From Pontiella sp. (GTDB lineage: Bacteria > Verrucomicrobiota > Kiritimatiellia > Kiritimatiellales > Pontiellaceae), in NCBI GenBank assembly GCA_050290185.1, contig JBNKHE010000005.1:1-64000 (forward strand): 64,000 nucleotides of DNA, written 5' to 3'. Shown here piece after piece: positions 50,648 to 61,549 of the stretch (its first letter is position 1; each line of letters starts with the position of its first letter). The notes below the pieces were generated by a model, which worked only from the letters and a program-made list of their open reading frames with translations, was not told the DNA's origin and did not search any database. Both the position numbers and the translations under genes were made by a program.

Positions 50648-52684
50648 ATGCATACTTTCACCAATCGCTTGTCGACGGAAAAGAGCCCCTATCTGCTGCA
50701 GCACGCGCATAATCCGGTGGATTGGTATCCGTGGGGCGAGGAGGCCTTTGAGAAGGCCAAGCGGGAAGACAAACCTATTTTCCTGTCGATTGGCTATGCC
50801 ACCTGCCACTGGTGCCACGTGATGGAGCGCGAATCGTTCGAGAACGTGGAAATTGCAAAGCTACTGAACGAGGCGTTTGTTTGCATCAAGGTCGATCGCG
50901 AGGAGCGGCCGGATATCGACAACATCTACATGACCGTATGCCAGATGATGACTGGTCAGGGGGGATGGCCGTTGACGATTATCATGACGCCCGACAAGAA
51001 GCCGTTCCACGCCGCCACCTATATCCCGCCGGATGCGCAGTTTGAGCGGATCGGCATGAAACAGTTGATCCCGCGAATTTCCGAGGCTTGGAAATCGAAG
51101 CGCGGCGAAGTAACGGCATCGGCCAATCAGATTACCGATGTGCTGGCCTCGCAAAACGCGCCATCAACCGGAGCCAAGTTCAATGCAAAGGTATTGGATG
51201 AAGGCTATCAAGCGTTGATGAAGCAATATGATCCCCGTAAGGGCGGCTTTGGTTCGCCGCCCAAGTTTCCGACTCCGCATCGGTTGTTTTTTCTGTTGCA
51301 ACATGGCGAGCCCGATGGAGTAAACGCCGTAGAGCATACGCTTGAGGAAATGCGAAAAGGAGGAATATTCGATCACATCGGGTTTGGCTTCCACCGATAC
51401 TCTACCGACAACGATTGGCTGGTTCCGCACTTTGAAAAGATGCTCTACGACCAGGCTTTGCTGGCGATCGCCTACACGGAAGCCTACGAGCTGACCCGCG
51501 ACCCTTTCCATCGGCAGGTGGCCGAAGAAATCCTGACCTATGTTCTGCGGTACATGACTTCGCCGGACGGTGGGTTCTATTCGGCCGAGGATGCCGATTC
51601 CGAGGGCAAGGAGGGGTTGTTCTACGTCTGGGATGCCAAAGAGATGGAGGCCATTCTGGGCGATGATTATGCATTTGCCGCGAAACTATGGAATATCGTT
51701 CCTGCGGGAAATTTCCGGGATGAGGCCAGCGGACGACTGACCGGGAAAAACATTCCGCACCTATCCTGTGTGCCGGATGAACAGGATTCGAAACGGTTGG
51801 AGCCGCTCCGCCGAAAACTGTTCGACGTGCGGGAAAAGCGCGTCCACCCGTTAAAGGATACGAAGATTCTGGCGGATTGGAATGGGTTGATGATTGCCGC
51901 TCTGGCGCAGGCAGGCCGGGCGTTCGAGGAGCAGAAATACACGGATGCGGCAAGCAAGGCCAATGCGTTTATTGCAGATCGGATGCAACGTAAAAACGGA
52001 GAGCTTTGGCATCGTTTCCGCGACGGGCACACTGCGGTTTCTGGCCAGCTGGAAGATTATGCCTTCATGATATTCGGACTGCTGGCGCTCTATGAGGCCA
52101 CCTGGGATGCCCAATATTTGGAAAGCGCTCTGAAGTACAATGAAATTCTGTCCGTATCGTTTACTGATGCGGATGGCGGCGGGTACTACATGACTTCCAG
52201 TGCTGCGGAGCAACTGATTGTTAGGCCGAAGAGTATTTACGACGGGGCCATTCCTTCGGGGAATTCAATCCAGATGTACAACCTGTTACGTTTGGCTCGC
52301 CTGACCGGTCGATTTGAACTGGAACAGGAAGCAGGAGATACGGGGCGGGCGTTTGGCGGTGCCATCCTGCGCTCGCCGTCGGCTTTTGCTCAGGCGCTGG
52401 TGGCCTTTCAGTTTGGTGCGGGCAAGACGATGGAGATCGTCGTGATAGGAGAGCGTGAAGCGCTGGAAACTCGTCAGATGTTTGACTATCTGAGCCATAT
52501 TTACAATCCGGGAAAAACAGTGCTTTTCAAGGATGTGTCTGATGGCGGCCGAATGGCGAACATCGCCCCCTTTACCCGGGATCAGGCGATGGTGGACGGG
52601 AAAACCACGGTATACATTTGCGAGAACTTTTCCTGCGATCAGCCGCTCGATTCATTGGAGGCGCTGAAAGAACGCCTGCAATAG
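50648..52684 (+). CDS. Thioredoxin-domain protein, YyaL/SPATA20 family
   Basis: [39 protein letters not shown]. Confidence 0.94.
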   Translation: MHTFTNRLSTEKSPYLLQHAHNPVDWYPWGEEAFEKAKREDKPIFLSIGYATCHWCHVMERESFENVEIAKLLNEAFVCIKVDREERPDIDNIYMTVCQMMTGQGGWPLTIIMTPDKKPFHAATYIPPDAQFERIGMKQLIPRISEAWKSKRGEVTASANQITDVLASQNAPSTGAKFNAKVLDEGYQALMKQYDPRKGGFGSPPKFPTPHRLFFLLQHGEPDGVNAVEHTLEEMRKGGIFDHIGFGFHRYSTDNDWLVPHFEKMLYDQALLAIAYTEAYELTRDPFHRQVAEEILTYVLRYMTSPDGGFYSAEDADSEGKEGLFYVWDAKEMEAILGDDYAFAAKLWNIVPAGNFRDEASGRLTGKNIPHLSCVPDEQDSKRLEPLRRKLFDVREKRVHPLKDTKILADWNGLMIAALAQAGRAFEEQKYTDAASKANAFIADRMQRKNGELWHRFRDGHTAVSGQLEDYAFMIFGLLALYEATWDAQYLESALKYNEILSVSFTDADGGGYYMTSSAAEQLIVRPKSIYDGAIPSGNSIQMYNLLRLARLTGRFELEQEAGDTGRAFGGAILRSPSAFAQALVAFQFGAGKTMEIVVIGEREALETRQMFDYLSHIYNPGKTVLFKDVSDGGRMANIAPFTRDQAMVDGKTTVYICENFSCDQPLDSLEALKERLQ

Positions 52685-52703
52685 CATGGGACCATCCTGC
52701 GAT

Positions 52704-53156
52704 CTATCCCTCGTTGGTCATCAGGAAGTTGAAGGCCAGATCGTCCTCGGACAAGCCGTCGTACATGACGCTGACCACCTGGTCTTCCGCATTCATGAAC
52801 TGAGCATCGGTTACCATAAGCTCCATGCCGACCCGGTTCGCATTGTAATTACCCAGCACCAATCCCAAAAGAATTACGACCGAAGCCGCCATGGCCAGTG
52901 CCGGTTTCCATCCGAACACGGGCAGATGCTTCCGCTCTGGAGCGTTTGTGTGGGCTGCTCGCAATACATCCTGAACGACCTTGATGGACGGTTCATGCCC
53001 AGCTCCAAACGAGGTTTCCGTTGCCCGTAAAACCTGATTAAACTGCCGGCAGGACTCGCATCCGGCCAGATGCGCCTCCAGCTCGAGGGCTTTATTGGCT
53101 CCCAGTTCGCCGGAATCCTGCAAAAGGATGAATTTTTCAGCTATGATGCATTTCAT
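52704..53156 (-). CDS. Zinc-finger (HxxxCxxC) transmembrane anti-sigma factor
   Basis: HLAGCESC, one TM helix, overlaps ECF sigma stop. Confidence 0.85.
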   Translation of the reverse strand: MKCIIAEKFILLQDSGELGANKALELEAHLAGCESCRQFNQVLRATETSFGAGHEPSIKVVQDVLRAAHTNAPERKHLPVFGWKPALAMAASVVILLGLVLGNYNANRVGMELMVTDAQFMNAEDQVVSVMYDGLSEDDLAFNFLMTNEG

Positions 53157-53743
53157 GACAGCGCCTCCAGCAACTCGTCATATTCTTCTTTTAATATAGA
53201 ACGCAGTTTAGTCAATGCATATTGCATGCGGGCCAAACATGTATTGATCGAACATTTCTGGATTTTGGCAATTTCCTTGAACGAAACATTGCCGTACATC
53301 CTGAGCATGAAGACCTCTTTCTGTTCAGCGGAAAGCGTTTCAACCGCTTCCGAGATCTGTTTGCCCAATGAATTCCCGCCGGCTTCCTCTGCGGGTGTAA
53401 TGCCCGGAGCCGACAGATGGTCTTCCAGGGTGGAGTCGCCGTCTTCCCCTCCGAAGCTGCTTTGCATCGAGATATTCTTGCGGTTCCGTCGGGCGCGGTC
53501 GATCACGAGATTGTGGGCAATTCTGAACAGCCAGTTCAGAAAATTCTTATGCTTGAACTTGTGAATGTTCTTCAGCGCGCGGAACCACGTTTCCTGAAAA
53601 ATTTCCTCCGAATCTTCACGGCCTTCGGTCATTTTAAGGATAAACGAATAGAGGGGACGTTTGTATTTTTCCACCAGCGGCTCCAACGCGTTGGAATCGC
53701 CGCCGAGATACTTATTTATGCACTCAATATCCGTTTTATCCAT
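53153..53743 (-). CDS. ECF sigma factor
   Basis: EEIFQETW, WLFRIAHNLVID, region 4 SFKEIA. Confidence 0.92.
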   Translation of the reverse strand: MDKTDIECINKYLGGDSNALEPLVEKYKRPLYSFILKMTEGREDSEEIFQETWFRALKNIHKFKHKNFLNWLFRIAHNLVIDRARRNRKNISMQSSFGGEDGDSTLEDHLSAPGITPAEEAGGNSLGKQISEAVETLSAEQKEVFMLRMYGNVSFKEIAKIQKCSINTCLARMQYALTKLRSILKEEYDELLEALS

Positions 53744-53832
53744 GGAGGTAATTCGTAAAGCGCATGATGTAATGCGCCGTACAAACCTATCAAAAGTTCA
53801 TCTATCCGTTGAAAAACGGCCGCCATCCGAAT

Positions 53833-54468
53833 CTATTGCAGAAATTCAGACCAGACTTTCCCGGTAATGGGATCATTTTCAAGTTTTATACCGTGGCCAC
53901 GGTTATCTTCGAGTTCCATCTCGAACTGTTCGCAAAAGCCGTTGGGGAAGAAGCGGATCATGTATAGATCCTCATATTGGTCATCCTCTTCGGACCAATC
54001 CTTCTTGAAGTCGCGAACGACAAGATCATCAGATAAAAAACGGTGGATTTCCTTGTCGATCCCTCCATTTTCATCTCTGGCGTCATCGACGTATCCCAGC
54101 CGTTTCAGCACGTCCTGATCTAGCTCTCCGTCCGCCTGGTTGGTGGTCGTCTGAAATTCGGCACCCATGTACAGTTCCATGGTATCCGGATTCAGTACCA
54201 TAGTCAGCGTTTCCTCCCGCATTATCGCCATGCTATGGCCGTAGCGGGACATCCGCTCGATGGTGCGTGCCGCAGACTTGAGCTTGGTTCCCCGTAAGGT
54301 GCCGGCAAAGTAGGGAACCGAGATGCCGGAAATGATCAGCAGAAGGACCATTACCAGCACCACTTCAATTAGCGTAAAACCGCTGCGTTTGGAGCCGGGA
54401 GCACCGCGGAATACAGAACAAGGAGTTTTTAGTGCCGACGGCCTTTTCATGCATGGCTCTTGGTTCAC
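53833..54468 (-). CDS. Pseudopilin (GspH/FimT-like)
   Basis: RSG/FTLIEVVLV prepilin site, IRFFPNG; start may be 54450. Confidence 0.85.
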   Translation of the reverse strand: MNQEPCMKRPSALKTPCSVFRGAPGSKRSGFTLIEVVLVMVLLLIISGISVPYFAGTLRGTKLKSAARTIERMSRYGHSMAIMREETLTMVLNPDTMELYMGAEFQTTTNQADGELDQDVLKRLGYVDDARDENGGIDKEIHRFLSDDLVVRDFKKDWSEEDDQYEDLYMIRFFPNGFCEQFEMELEDNRGHGIKLENDPITGKVWSEFLQ

Positions 54469-54496
54469 AATTCATGGATACTGGCGAAGGGCCGCA

Positions 54497-54901
54497 CTAT
54501 TCCCAGTTGTTCACCACGGTTCCCTTGGCCGATGTGCAGGAGATGTCAAACGTGTGCGTGTTGTGGGAACCCGGAACCTGATACTGGTAGGGATTTCCCC
54601 ACGGATCGGTCGGGATCACTTTTTTCATTAGGAAGGGCCCGCCTTTGGACTCGTCCAGCAGACCGTCCAGCGAATCGGGGTAGGTTCCGTTGATGATTTC
54701 ATATTCCTGAATGGCGGCCGAGAGGGTGGCAATGGTCGCCTGGGCTTTGGTCGTATTTGCCTGCTCTGTTCGTCCGCCGATATTAAGACCGCCCAGGAAG
54801 ATGCCTGAAAGAATACCGATAATTACAACCACGAGAATGATTTCAATCAGGGTAAAGCCTGAGCGTTTGCTTAAATGTTTGTCCTTGTTTTTCTGTTCCA
54901 T
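54497..54901 (-). CDS. gspG: Major pseudopilin
   Basis: SG/FTLIEIILVVVIIGIL, DPWGNPYQY..PG. Confidence 0.88.
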   Translation of the reverse strand: MEQKNKDKHLSKRSGFTLIEIILVVVIIGILSGIFLGGLNIGGRTEQANTTKAQATIATLSAAIQEYEIINGTYPDSLDGLLDESKGGPFLMKKVIPTDPWGNPYQYQVPGSHNTHTFDISCTSAKGTVVNNWE

Positions 54902-54926
54902 GGATTTCACCTTCCGGGTTTCTGTT

Positions 54927-56171
54927 TTAAACATGCAAAGTATCAGTCAGTTTAAGAATGGGTAGTAGCAGGCAAACGGCAATGCCGCCGACGAATACAG
55001 CCACGAGCAAGATCAGTAAAGGTTCCAGCACCGTGGTGCAGGTTTTGACCAGACGGTCCAATTCGGAATCATACCGGCGTGTAATATGTTTCAGGGCGCT
55101 GGCCATGTCGCCGGTTTCTTCGCCCACCGCTATCATATCGATGAGCAGGCGCGGGAATATTTTCCCTTGAGCAAGCGGTTTCGAAATGCTCGCGCCATCG
55201 GTAACGCGGTCGCGCGCTTTTCCGACTTCATCGGAAATGACGACGTTTTGAATGGTTTTCTGAACAATGCCCATGGCCGGCAATACAGCAACACCATTCT
55301 GAAGCAACGTCCCAAAGGTTCTCGCAAAATGGGCGTAGGCGTTGGTCGAAATAATCGATCCCATGATCGGAATTTTTAGCTGAAACTTATGCCACATTAC
55401 CTTTCCGGGCCCCCCGCGGGTCCAGCGCTTTATGGCAATCGATCCGGCGATGATTAAGATGAGCACAATCAATCCATAGTGGATCAGGAAGTCGCTGCCG
55501 CTCATAAGCATCTGGGTGGGTCGGGGCAGGGTGGCCCCCATTTCCTCGAAGGTGGCGACGAATCGGGGAACGATGCCGATCATCAGGCCGATAACCGCCA
55601 AGCCACCGATGATTACCACGATTGCGGGATAGACCAGCGCACCGATCACCTTGCCGCGGGCTTCGTGGACGCGTTCATAATGGATGCAGACATTTTCCAG
55701 CGCATCGGGCAGGTGTCCGCTGGCCTCGCCGGCCCGCACGAGGTTTATGTAGAGCGACGAGAAGGTTTCCGGATAGAGTTCCAGCGCGTCGGACAGCGAG
55801 GTGCCTTGTACAATCTCATCGCGCAGGGTGGCGGTAATCTGTCCAACGGCGCTGGTGTCCTTGCGCGCCGAAAGGGTATGCAATGCGCGGCCGATGGTCA
55901 TCCCGGAGGCCACGAGGTCGGAAAGCTCGCGCGAAAACAACAACAGGTCCTGCAGTTTCATGCGCGGTTTACGATGGAAGCCCAGCTCGAATTTGAAGCG
56001 TTTTTTTTCGCCGGAATCCTGCGACACGGTCTTGGTGGTTTCAGTGATGGAGATGGGAATGTGTCCCATGGACTCGATATGCCGCGCCGCGGTGGCGCGG
56101 TCGCCCGCTTCAACGACCCCTTCGATCCGTTCGCCCTGTTTTGTCCGTCCTATGTATTTAAAATGAGCCAT
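54927..56171 (-). CDS. gspF: T2SS/T4P inner-membrane platform protein (GspF/PilC)
   Basis: GTSLSDAL, AGEASG, ALVYP, VGEETG, LEPLLI. Confidence 0.9.
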   Translation of the reverse strand: MAHFKYIGRTKQGERIEGVVEAGDRATAARHIESMGHIPISITETTKTVSQDSGEKKRFKFELGFHRKPRMKLQDLLLFSRELSDLVASGMTIGRALHTLSARKDTSAVGQITATLRDEIVQGTSLSDALELYPETFSSLYINLVRAGEASGHLPDALENVCIHYERVHEARGKVIGALVYPAIVVIIGGLAVIGLMIGIVPRFVATFEEMGATLPRPTQMLMSGSDFLIHYGLIVLILIIAGSIAIKRWTRGGPGKVMWHKFQLKIPIMGSIISTNAYAHFARTFGTLLQNGVAVLPAMGIVQKTIQNVVISDEVGKARDRVTDGASISKPLAQGKIFPRLLIDMIAVGEETGDMASALKHITRRYDSELDRLVKTCTTVLEPLLILLVAVFVGGIAVCLLLPILKLTDTLHV

Positions 56172-56271
56172 ACCAACCTGTGATAAACGTAACCAGTCCC
56201 TAAATATTTCCCATGTTCCGCAAGAATATATGGATTGTCCGAAGATTGGAAGAATGGATTAACGAATCTCA

Positions 56272-57159
56272 TCATCCCCTGGGATGGAACTGTTGATGAA
56301 CCGACTTAAGACGGTTGGGATCAACGTGGGTGTAGATCTGGGTGGTGGCGATGTCGGCGTGGCCGAGCATTTCCTGGATAACCCGCAGCGGGGCGCCGTT
56401 TTGCAACAGGTGGCTGGCGAAGGAGTGGCGCAGGGTGTGTGGCGTTACGTTTTTCATGATGCCCGCCTCCTTTGTGTATTTCTTGATGATCTGCCACAGG
56501 CGTTGGCGGCAGAGCGAGGTTTCGCGATTGGAGACGAATACATTCTGTAACTTGGGATTTTCGCACAGCATGGGACGAATCTCGTCGAGATAGCATTCCA
56601 GAATATTGGATGAATCCCGGGCAACCGGTATGACGCGCTCTTTCCGGCCTTTTCCGATCACCCGGATATAACCATCGTCGATATGCAGATCGGAGAGTTT
56701 CAGGTTGGCCAGTTCCGAAACCCGCAGCCCGGAGGCATAGAAGATTTCAAGGATGGCGCGGTCGCGCACTCCCAGCGGCTTGCGCATGTCGGGGGCCCGA
56801 AGCAGTCGTTCAACCTCACTTTCGGAGAGGGTGTCCGGCAGGATTTTCCACAGCTTCGGGGAATCCATCGTGTCGGTGACGTTCCGGTCGAGCAGTCCTT
56901 CCTGCTGAAGGAAGCGGAAGAATACCTTGATGGAAACCAAATGGCGCGAAATCGAGTTGGTCGACATTCCCCGGGCCTTCATAGCCATGAGGTGGTCCAG
57001 GATCTGTTTGCGACTGACCTGATTCAGCGAGGTTACACCCTTCTGGTCGAGCCAGCCGAGAAATTGCCCCAGATCATCCGCATACGCCTTGCGCGTGTTG
57101 ATGCTCAACCCGCGTTCCAGCGAAATATGATCCAGAAAGCTCTCTAAGAATGCATTCAT
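56272..57159 (-). CDS. xerD: Site-specific tyrosine recombinase XerD
   Basis: [52 protein letters not shown]...HPRG; no IntI insertion. Confidence 0.92.
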   Translation of the reverse strand: MNAFLESFLDHISLERGLSINTRKAYADDLGQFLGWLDQKGVTSLNQVSRKQILDHLMAMKARGMSTNSISRHLVSIKVFFRFLQQEGLLDRNVTDTMDSPKLWKILPDTLSESEVERLLRAPDMRKPLGVRDRAILEIFYASGLRVSELANLKLSDLHIDDGYIRVIGKGRKERVIPVARDSSNILECYLDEIRPMLCENPKLQNVFVSNRETSLCRQRLWQIIKKYTKEAGIMKNVTPHTLRHSFASHLLQNGAPLRVIQEMLGHADIATTQIYTHVDPNRLKSVHQQFHPRG

Positions 57160-57234
57160 AAGGTGGTTATCAGTTTACGGTTATTGGTCGTCAGGGAGAA
57201 GGCCTAACAACCAACAACTGACAACCTGGCTGCG

Positions 57235-58125
57235 CTAGCAGCTCAAATTCTCGCCGGTAAGCAGTCGATAGGCTTCGAGATATTTATCGCGGGTTTTCAT
57301 GACGATTTCCTCGGGCAGCTCGGGGGCGGGAGGGGTCTTGTCCCAATCGAGCGTTTCGAGGTAGTCACGGACATACTGCTTGTCGAACGAGAAGGGCGAG
57401 GAGCCCGGCTGGTAGGTATCGGCCGGCCAGAAGCGCGAGCTGTCGGGGGTCAACACTTCGTCGATCAGGATTAATTCGTCACCGACCATGCCGAATTCAA
57501 ATTTGGTGTCTGCCATAATAATGCCCTTGGTCAGCGCATAGTTGGCCGCGGTTTTGTAGAGATTCAGGCTGACATCAATCAGTTTCTGTCCCAGTTCCTC
57601 GCCAACGATTTCCTTCATCTGGTCGATGGAAATGTTTTCGTCGTGGCCCTCGTCGGCTTTGGTGGAGGGGGTGAAGATGGGCTCGTCAAGCTTGCCTGCC
57701 ATTTCGTAGCCCGCACGCAGGGGCATACCGCCGATGGTGCCGGACTTTTGGTATTCCTTCCATCCGGAGCCGATCAGATAGCCGCGCACGATGCATTCGA
57801 CCGGCAGTAGTTCCGCTTTTTTCACCAGCATGGAACGGCCTTTCAGCAGTTCGGCGTGTTCCTGAAGTTCCGCAGGAAAGTCGTTCACATCAGTGGAGAT
57901 CATATGGTTCTTTACGATGTCACCGGTGCGGTCGAACCAGAACTTCGAAATCATATTGAGCACCTGCCCCTTGTTGGGAATGCCGTTGGGCATGACACAG
58001 TCGAAGGCCGATATGCGGTCGGACGCAACAAAAAGGTATTGGTCGCCAAGGTCGTACACCTCGCGCACCTTGCCGGATTTAAACTTTTCAATGCCCGGAA
58101 GCTCGATTTTCGTGGCAGCGTTCAT
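57235..58125 (-). CDS. purC: SAICAR synthetase
   Basis: GKVREVY, SDRISAFD, ECIVRGY, ADTKFEFG, DEVLTPDSSRFW. Confidence 0.97.
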   Translation of the reverse strand: MNAATKIELPGIEKFKSGKVREVYDLGDQYLFVASDRISAFDCVMPNGIPNKGQVLNMISKFWFDRTGDIVKNHMISTDVNDFPAELQEHAELLKGRSMLVKKAELLPVECIVRGYLIGSGWKEYQKSGTIGGMPLRAGYEMAGKLDEPIFTPSTKADEGHDENISIDQMKEIVGEELGQKLIDVSLNLYKTAANYALTKGIIMADTKFEFGMVGDELILIDEVLTPDSSRFWPADTYQPGSSPFSFDKQYVRDYLETLDWDKTPPAPELPEEIVMKTRDKYLEAYRLLTGENLSC

Positions 58126-58161
58126 TTCATCTCCTGAGTGTTAAGTTCCTGAATGCGGCGG

Positions 58162-58190
58162 AGTGTACGAATCAGATGCGCCGTACGCAA
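58162..58190 (-). promoter_or_regulatory. Candidate sigma70 promoter for purC
   Basis: Minus strand TTGCGT-N17-TACACT. Confidence 0.55.
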
Positions 58191-58446
58191 CCCCAAACGA
58201 ATATACGCGGCCTTTTCACAGGAAAGAGCCGCATCCTGCAACGCACAACGCAGTTCAACGCGCAGAGTGAAATCGCGAACTTTGCAGGATTTGACTCTCC
58301 AGAGGGAGGGCGTGCAGGTGCAAAGTCTTACGGTTTTAGGACGCGGTTCCCGAAGGAACCGCGTGGTGCGGGACACGCGCCCTTCCGCCAGGAGGATACA
58401 TGAGTCTGAGTTCTCTGGAATTGCTCGGACTTCGCTGGGTTAGAAC

Positions 58447-58474
58447 AAAAAACGCCCCGGAATTTCCGGGGCGC
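58447..58474 (-). terminator. Intrinsic terminator after tkt
   Basis: Minus strand GCGCCCCGGAAATTCCGGGGCGTTTTTT. Confidence 0.85.
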
Positions 58475-58489
58475 ATCTCTTGCGGATCC

Positions 58490-58523
58490 ATCATCCAGCT
58501 TCACGGCCGTGAAGCTGGATGAT
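58490..58523. repeat. Perfect 34-bp palindrome
   Basis: ATCATCCAGCTTCACGG|CCGTGAAGCTGGATGAT. Confidence 0.95.
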
Positions 58524-58537
58524 AGATTTCGCGGGGG

Positions 58538-60520
58538 TTATCCAAGCAGTTCCTTGGCTTTCGCGTAGATGTTTTCGGAGGTGAAGCCGAATTTTTCCTG
58601 CAGAACCTTGAACGGTCCGGAGGCGCCGAAGTCGTCCTTGCTCACTTTTACGCCGCAGCGGCCGACGTAGCGATCCCAGCCGAAGCTGGTGCCGGCTTCC
58701 ACGGACATGCGTTTTTTGCAGGCATCGGGAATGACCGATTCCTGATAGGCTTCGTCCTGTTTTTCGAACAGTTCCCATGAGGGCATGCTAACGACACGGA
58801 CTTTCTTTCCTTCTTCGCCGAGCTTCTGGGCGGCGGCCAGCGTCATTTCGACTTCCGAACCGGTAGCGAGCATCAGCAGTTCCGGTTCGCCTTCGCCACT
58901 CTGCCAGAGGGTGTAGGCCCCCTTCTTGACGTTTTCGGCGGAAGGATAAACCGTGCGGTCGAGGGTCGACAGGTTCTGGCGGGTAAGGGCCAGAGCGGTC
59001 GGACCGGACTTGTTTTCCAGTGCGGCGACCCAAGCGGCGGCGACTTCCGTGGCGTCAGCCGGGCGGATCACCGTCATGTTGTGGATCATGCGCAGGCTGG
59101 CAATCGTTTCGATCGGCTGATGGGTCGGGCCGTCTTCGCCGACGCAGAAGCTGTCGTGCGTAAAGACATAAATGACCGGCACACCCATAATGGCTGCCAG
59201 ACGAGCGGCGGGGCGGACATAATCGGCGAAGACCAGGAAGGTTCCGCCAAAGATGCGGAATCCACCGTGCAGTTGAATGCCGTTCATGATGGCGGCCATG
59301 CCCAGTTCGCGCACGCCGAAATGGAAGTTACGTCCTTCAAAGGCATCCTTGCCGATGTCGCCGAGTCCGGCCATGTAGGTGTTGTTGGACGGGGCGAGGT
59401 CGGCAGAGCCGCCGACAAGGTAGGGGATTTCCTTGGCCAGCGCATTGATTACCTTGCCGGAGGAGGAACGGGTAGCCATCGAAGAGCCGGCTTCGAAGAG
59501 GTCCAGCTTCCCTTCGAGGTTCGGTAGATCACCATTGATCGAAGCGGTCCATTCCTTTGCCAGATCGGTGTTGGCGGCGCACCATGCATCGAATGTAGAG
59601 TTCCACCCGGCTTCAACCTGTTTCATTTCCTCAAGGCGAGTTGCGAAAACATCGCGTACTTCCTGCGGAACGAAGAACTTTTCTTCGGGCATGCCGAGAT
59701 TCTTCTTCGTCAGTGCGACTTCCTCTTCTCCCAGCGGAGCGCCGTGTACTTCGTGTCCGCCTTCCTTGTTCGGGGAGCCGAAGCCGATCTTGGTGTTGCA
59801 GATGATCACGGACGGCTTTTCGGTTTCTGCCTGGGCGGCTTCGATGGCGGCGCCGATTTCGGCATGGTTGTGACCGTCGACTTCCTGCACCTGCCAGCCG
59901 TAGGCTTCCATGCGCATGCGGACATCGTCGCTGTAGGTAATGTGGGTGTCGCCTTCGATGGAGATAAAGTTCTGGTCGTAGAACAGGATCAGTTTGCCGA
60001 GGCCGTGGTTGCCGGCCAGCGAGAAGACTTCGTGAGAGACGCCTTCTTCAAACTCGCCTTCGGAGGCGATTACGTAGGTGTAGTGGTCCACAATCTTCTG
60101 GGCTTCGGTGTTGAAGCGGGCGGACAGCATGCGCTCGGCGATGGTCATGCCGACGGCGTTGGAGCATCCCTGTCCCAGCGGTCCGGTGGTGGTTTCGACG
60201 CCATCGGTGTGACCGTATTCCGGATGGCCTGCGGTCTTGGAGCCCCATTGGCGGAATTGCTTAAGTTCGTCCAGCGGCAGGTCGTAGCCGGCGAGGTGCA
60301 ACAGGCTGTAGATGAGCATTGAGCCATGGCCGGCCGAAAGGACGAAGCGGTCGCGGTCGGGCCAATTTGGGTTTTCAGGGTTGTGCTTGAGGTATTTCGT
60401 CCACAGTACGGCAGCTACATCAGCCATGCCCATCGGCATGCCTGGATGACCTGAGTTTGCGGCCTGGACACCGTCCATGGCCAATCCACGAATCGTATTT
60501 GCAACGAGGTTAAGATCCAT
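58538..60520 (-). CDS. tkt: Transketolase
   Basis: [41 protein letters not shown]. Confidence 0.97.
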   Translation of the reverse strand: MDLNLVANTIRGLAMDGVQAANSGHPGMPMGMADVAAVLWTKYLKHNPENPNWPDRDRFVLSAGHGSMLIYSLLHLAGYDLPLDELKQFRQWGSKTAGHPEYGHTDGVETTTGPLGQGCSNAVGMTIAERMLSARFNTEAQKIVDHYTYVIASEGEFEEGVSHEVFSLAGNHGLGKLILFYDQNFISIEGDTHITYSDDVRMRMEAYGWQVQEVDGHNHAEIGAAIEAAQAETEKPSVIICNTKIGFGSPNKEGGHEVHGAPLGEEEVALTKKNLGMPEEKFFVPQEVRDVFATRLEEMKQVEAGWNSTFDAWCAANTDLAKEWTASINGDLPNLEGKLDLFEAGSSMATRSSSGKVINALAKEIPYLVGGSADLAPSNNTYMAGLGDIGKDAFEGRNFHFGVRELGMAAIMNGIQLHGGFRIFGGTFLVFADYVRPAARLAAIMGVPVIYVFTHDSFCVGEDGPTHQPIETIASLRMIHNMTVIRPADATEVAAAWVAALENKSGPTALALTRQNLSTLDRTVYPSAENVKKGAYTLWQSGEGEPELLMLATGSEVEMTLAAAQKLGEEGKKVRVVSMPSWELFEKQDEAYQESVIPDACKKRMSVEAGTSFGWDRYVGRCGVKVSKDDFGASGPFKVLQEKFGFTSENIYAKAKELLG

Positions 60521-60692
60521 AATGATTTCTCCGTTTATTGACGTTGAGGTTCGTAAAATGAACGGCCTAAGATAGTTTGCATCTTTGGTATTACAAGCCA
60601 TTTTCGTTTTAGAATGGCTCAATTCCGGTAATCGGTGTTTGGCCAATGCAGATTCTTTCCCTATACTGTGTTAATTGTTTTTTGGAGTTCTT

Positions 60693-61535
60693 GTGATCGA
60701 TCTGCATACACATTCAGTATTTTCCGACGGCACCAATACCCCGGCCGAATTGATCGGCATGGCGACCGAGCGGGGGCTTTCGGCGATGGCCTTGACCGAC
60801 CACGACACCGTGGGGGGAATCGAGCCATTGTTCGAAGCTGCAAAGGAGTCATCGGTAGAGGCCGTACCCGGAATCGAGTTAAGCGCCGAATGCGCGCGCG
60901 GAACCATGCATATTTTAGGGTATTTCATCGATCATACCTGCGACGCGCTACTTGAAAAGATCTCGAAGGTCCGGGAGGGGCGCGAAGAGCGAAATCAGGA
61001 AATCCTCAAGAAGCTCAATAAGCTGGGCTACATCCTGATGTGGAGCGATGTCGAGAAACAGGCCGGATGCGATGTCGTTGGACGCCCGCATTTTGCAGAA
61101 GCCTTGCTGGAACGGGGCCATGTAAAATCGAAAAAGGCAGCCTTTGACCTGCTTCTGGGAAAGGGGCGCCCGGCCTACGTGGAGCGCTATCGTTATACGG
61201 CTGCGGAATGTATTGACCTGATTCATGCCGCCGGGGGCGTATCGGTGCTGGCGCATCCGGCGACGATCTATCTTCCCGACGATCAACTTCGAGGCTTGAT
61301 CAAGGGGCTAAAGGAACGCGGTCTTGGCGGTATTGAAGCCTACTATGCCGAACACAAACCAGAGAATATAGAGAAGTTCTGCCATTGGGCAGCGGAGTTT
61401 GGCCTGATCTGTACCGGCGGTACCGATTATCACGGAGCCAATACGCCGGATATCAGGTTGGGTACAGGATTTGGTCAGCTGAGGGTTCCTGACGAAGCTC
61501 TCGATCAACTCAAGGCGGCCAGTCCCCGTTGTTGA
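60693..61535 (+). CDS. PHP-domain phosphoesterase (TrpH/YciV-like)
   Basis: DLHTHS..SDG, LTDHDT, HILGY, GRPH, LAHP, GGTDYHG. Confidence 0.93.
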   Translation: MIDLHTHSVFSDGTNTPAELIGMATERGLSAMALTDHDTVGGIEPLFEAAKESSVEAVPGIELSAECARGTMHILGYFIDHTCDALLEKISKVREGREERNQEILKKLNKLGYILMWSDVEKQAGCDVVGRPHFAEALLERGHVKSKKAAFDLLLGKGRPAYVERYRYTAAECIDLIHAAGGVSVLAHPATIYLPDDQLRGLIKGLKERGLGGIEAYYAEHKPENIEKFCHWAAEFGLICTGGTDYHGANTPDIRLGTGFGQLRVPDEALDQLKAASPRC

Positions 61536-61549
61536 AAAGCGGGATGTTT

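Noticed and set aside
56272..57159. Second integron or prophage integrase
   Set aside because: XerD signatures, no IntI insertion, housekeeping context, no att sites or cargo
58126..58440. ZMP/ZTP or purine riboswitch upstream of purC
   Set aside because: No recognisable consensus; the candidate promoter lies only ~35 nt from the start codon
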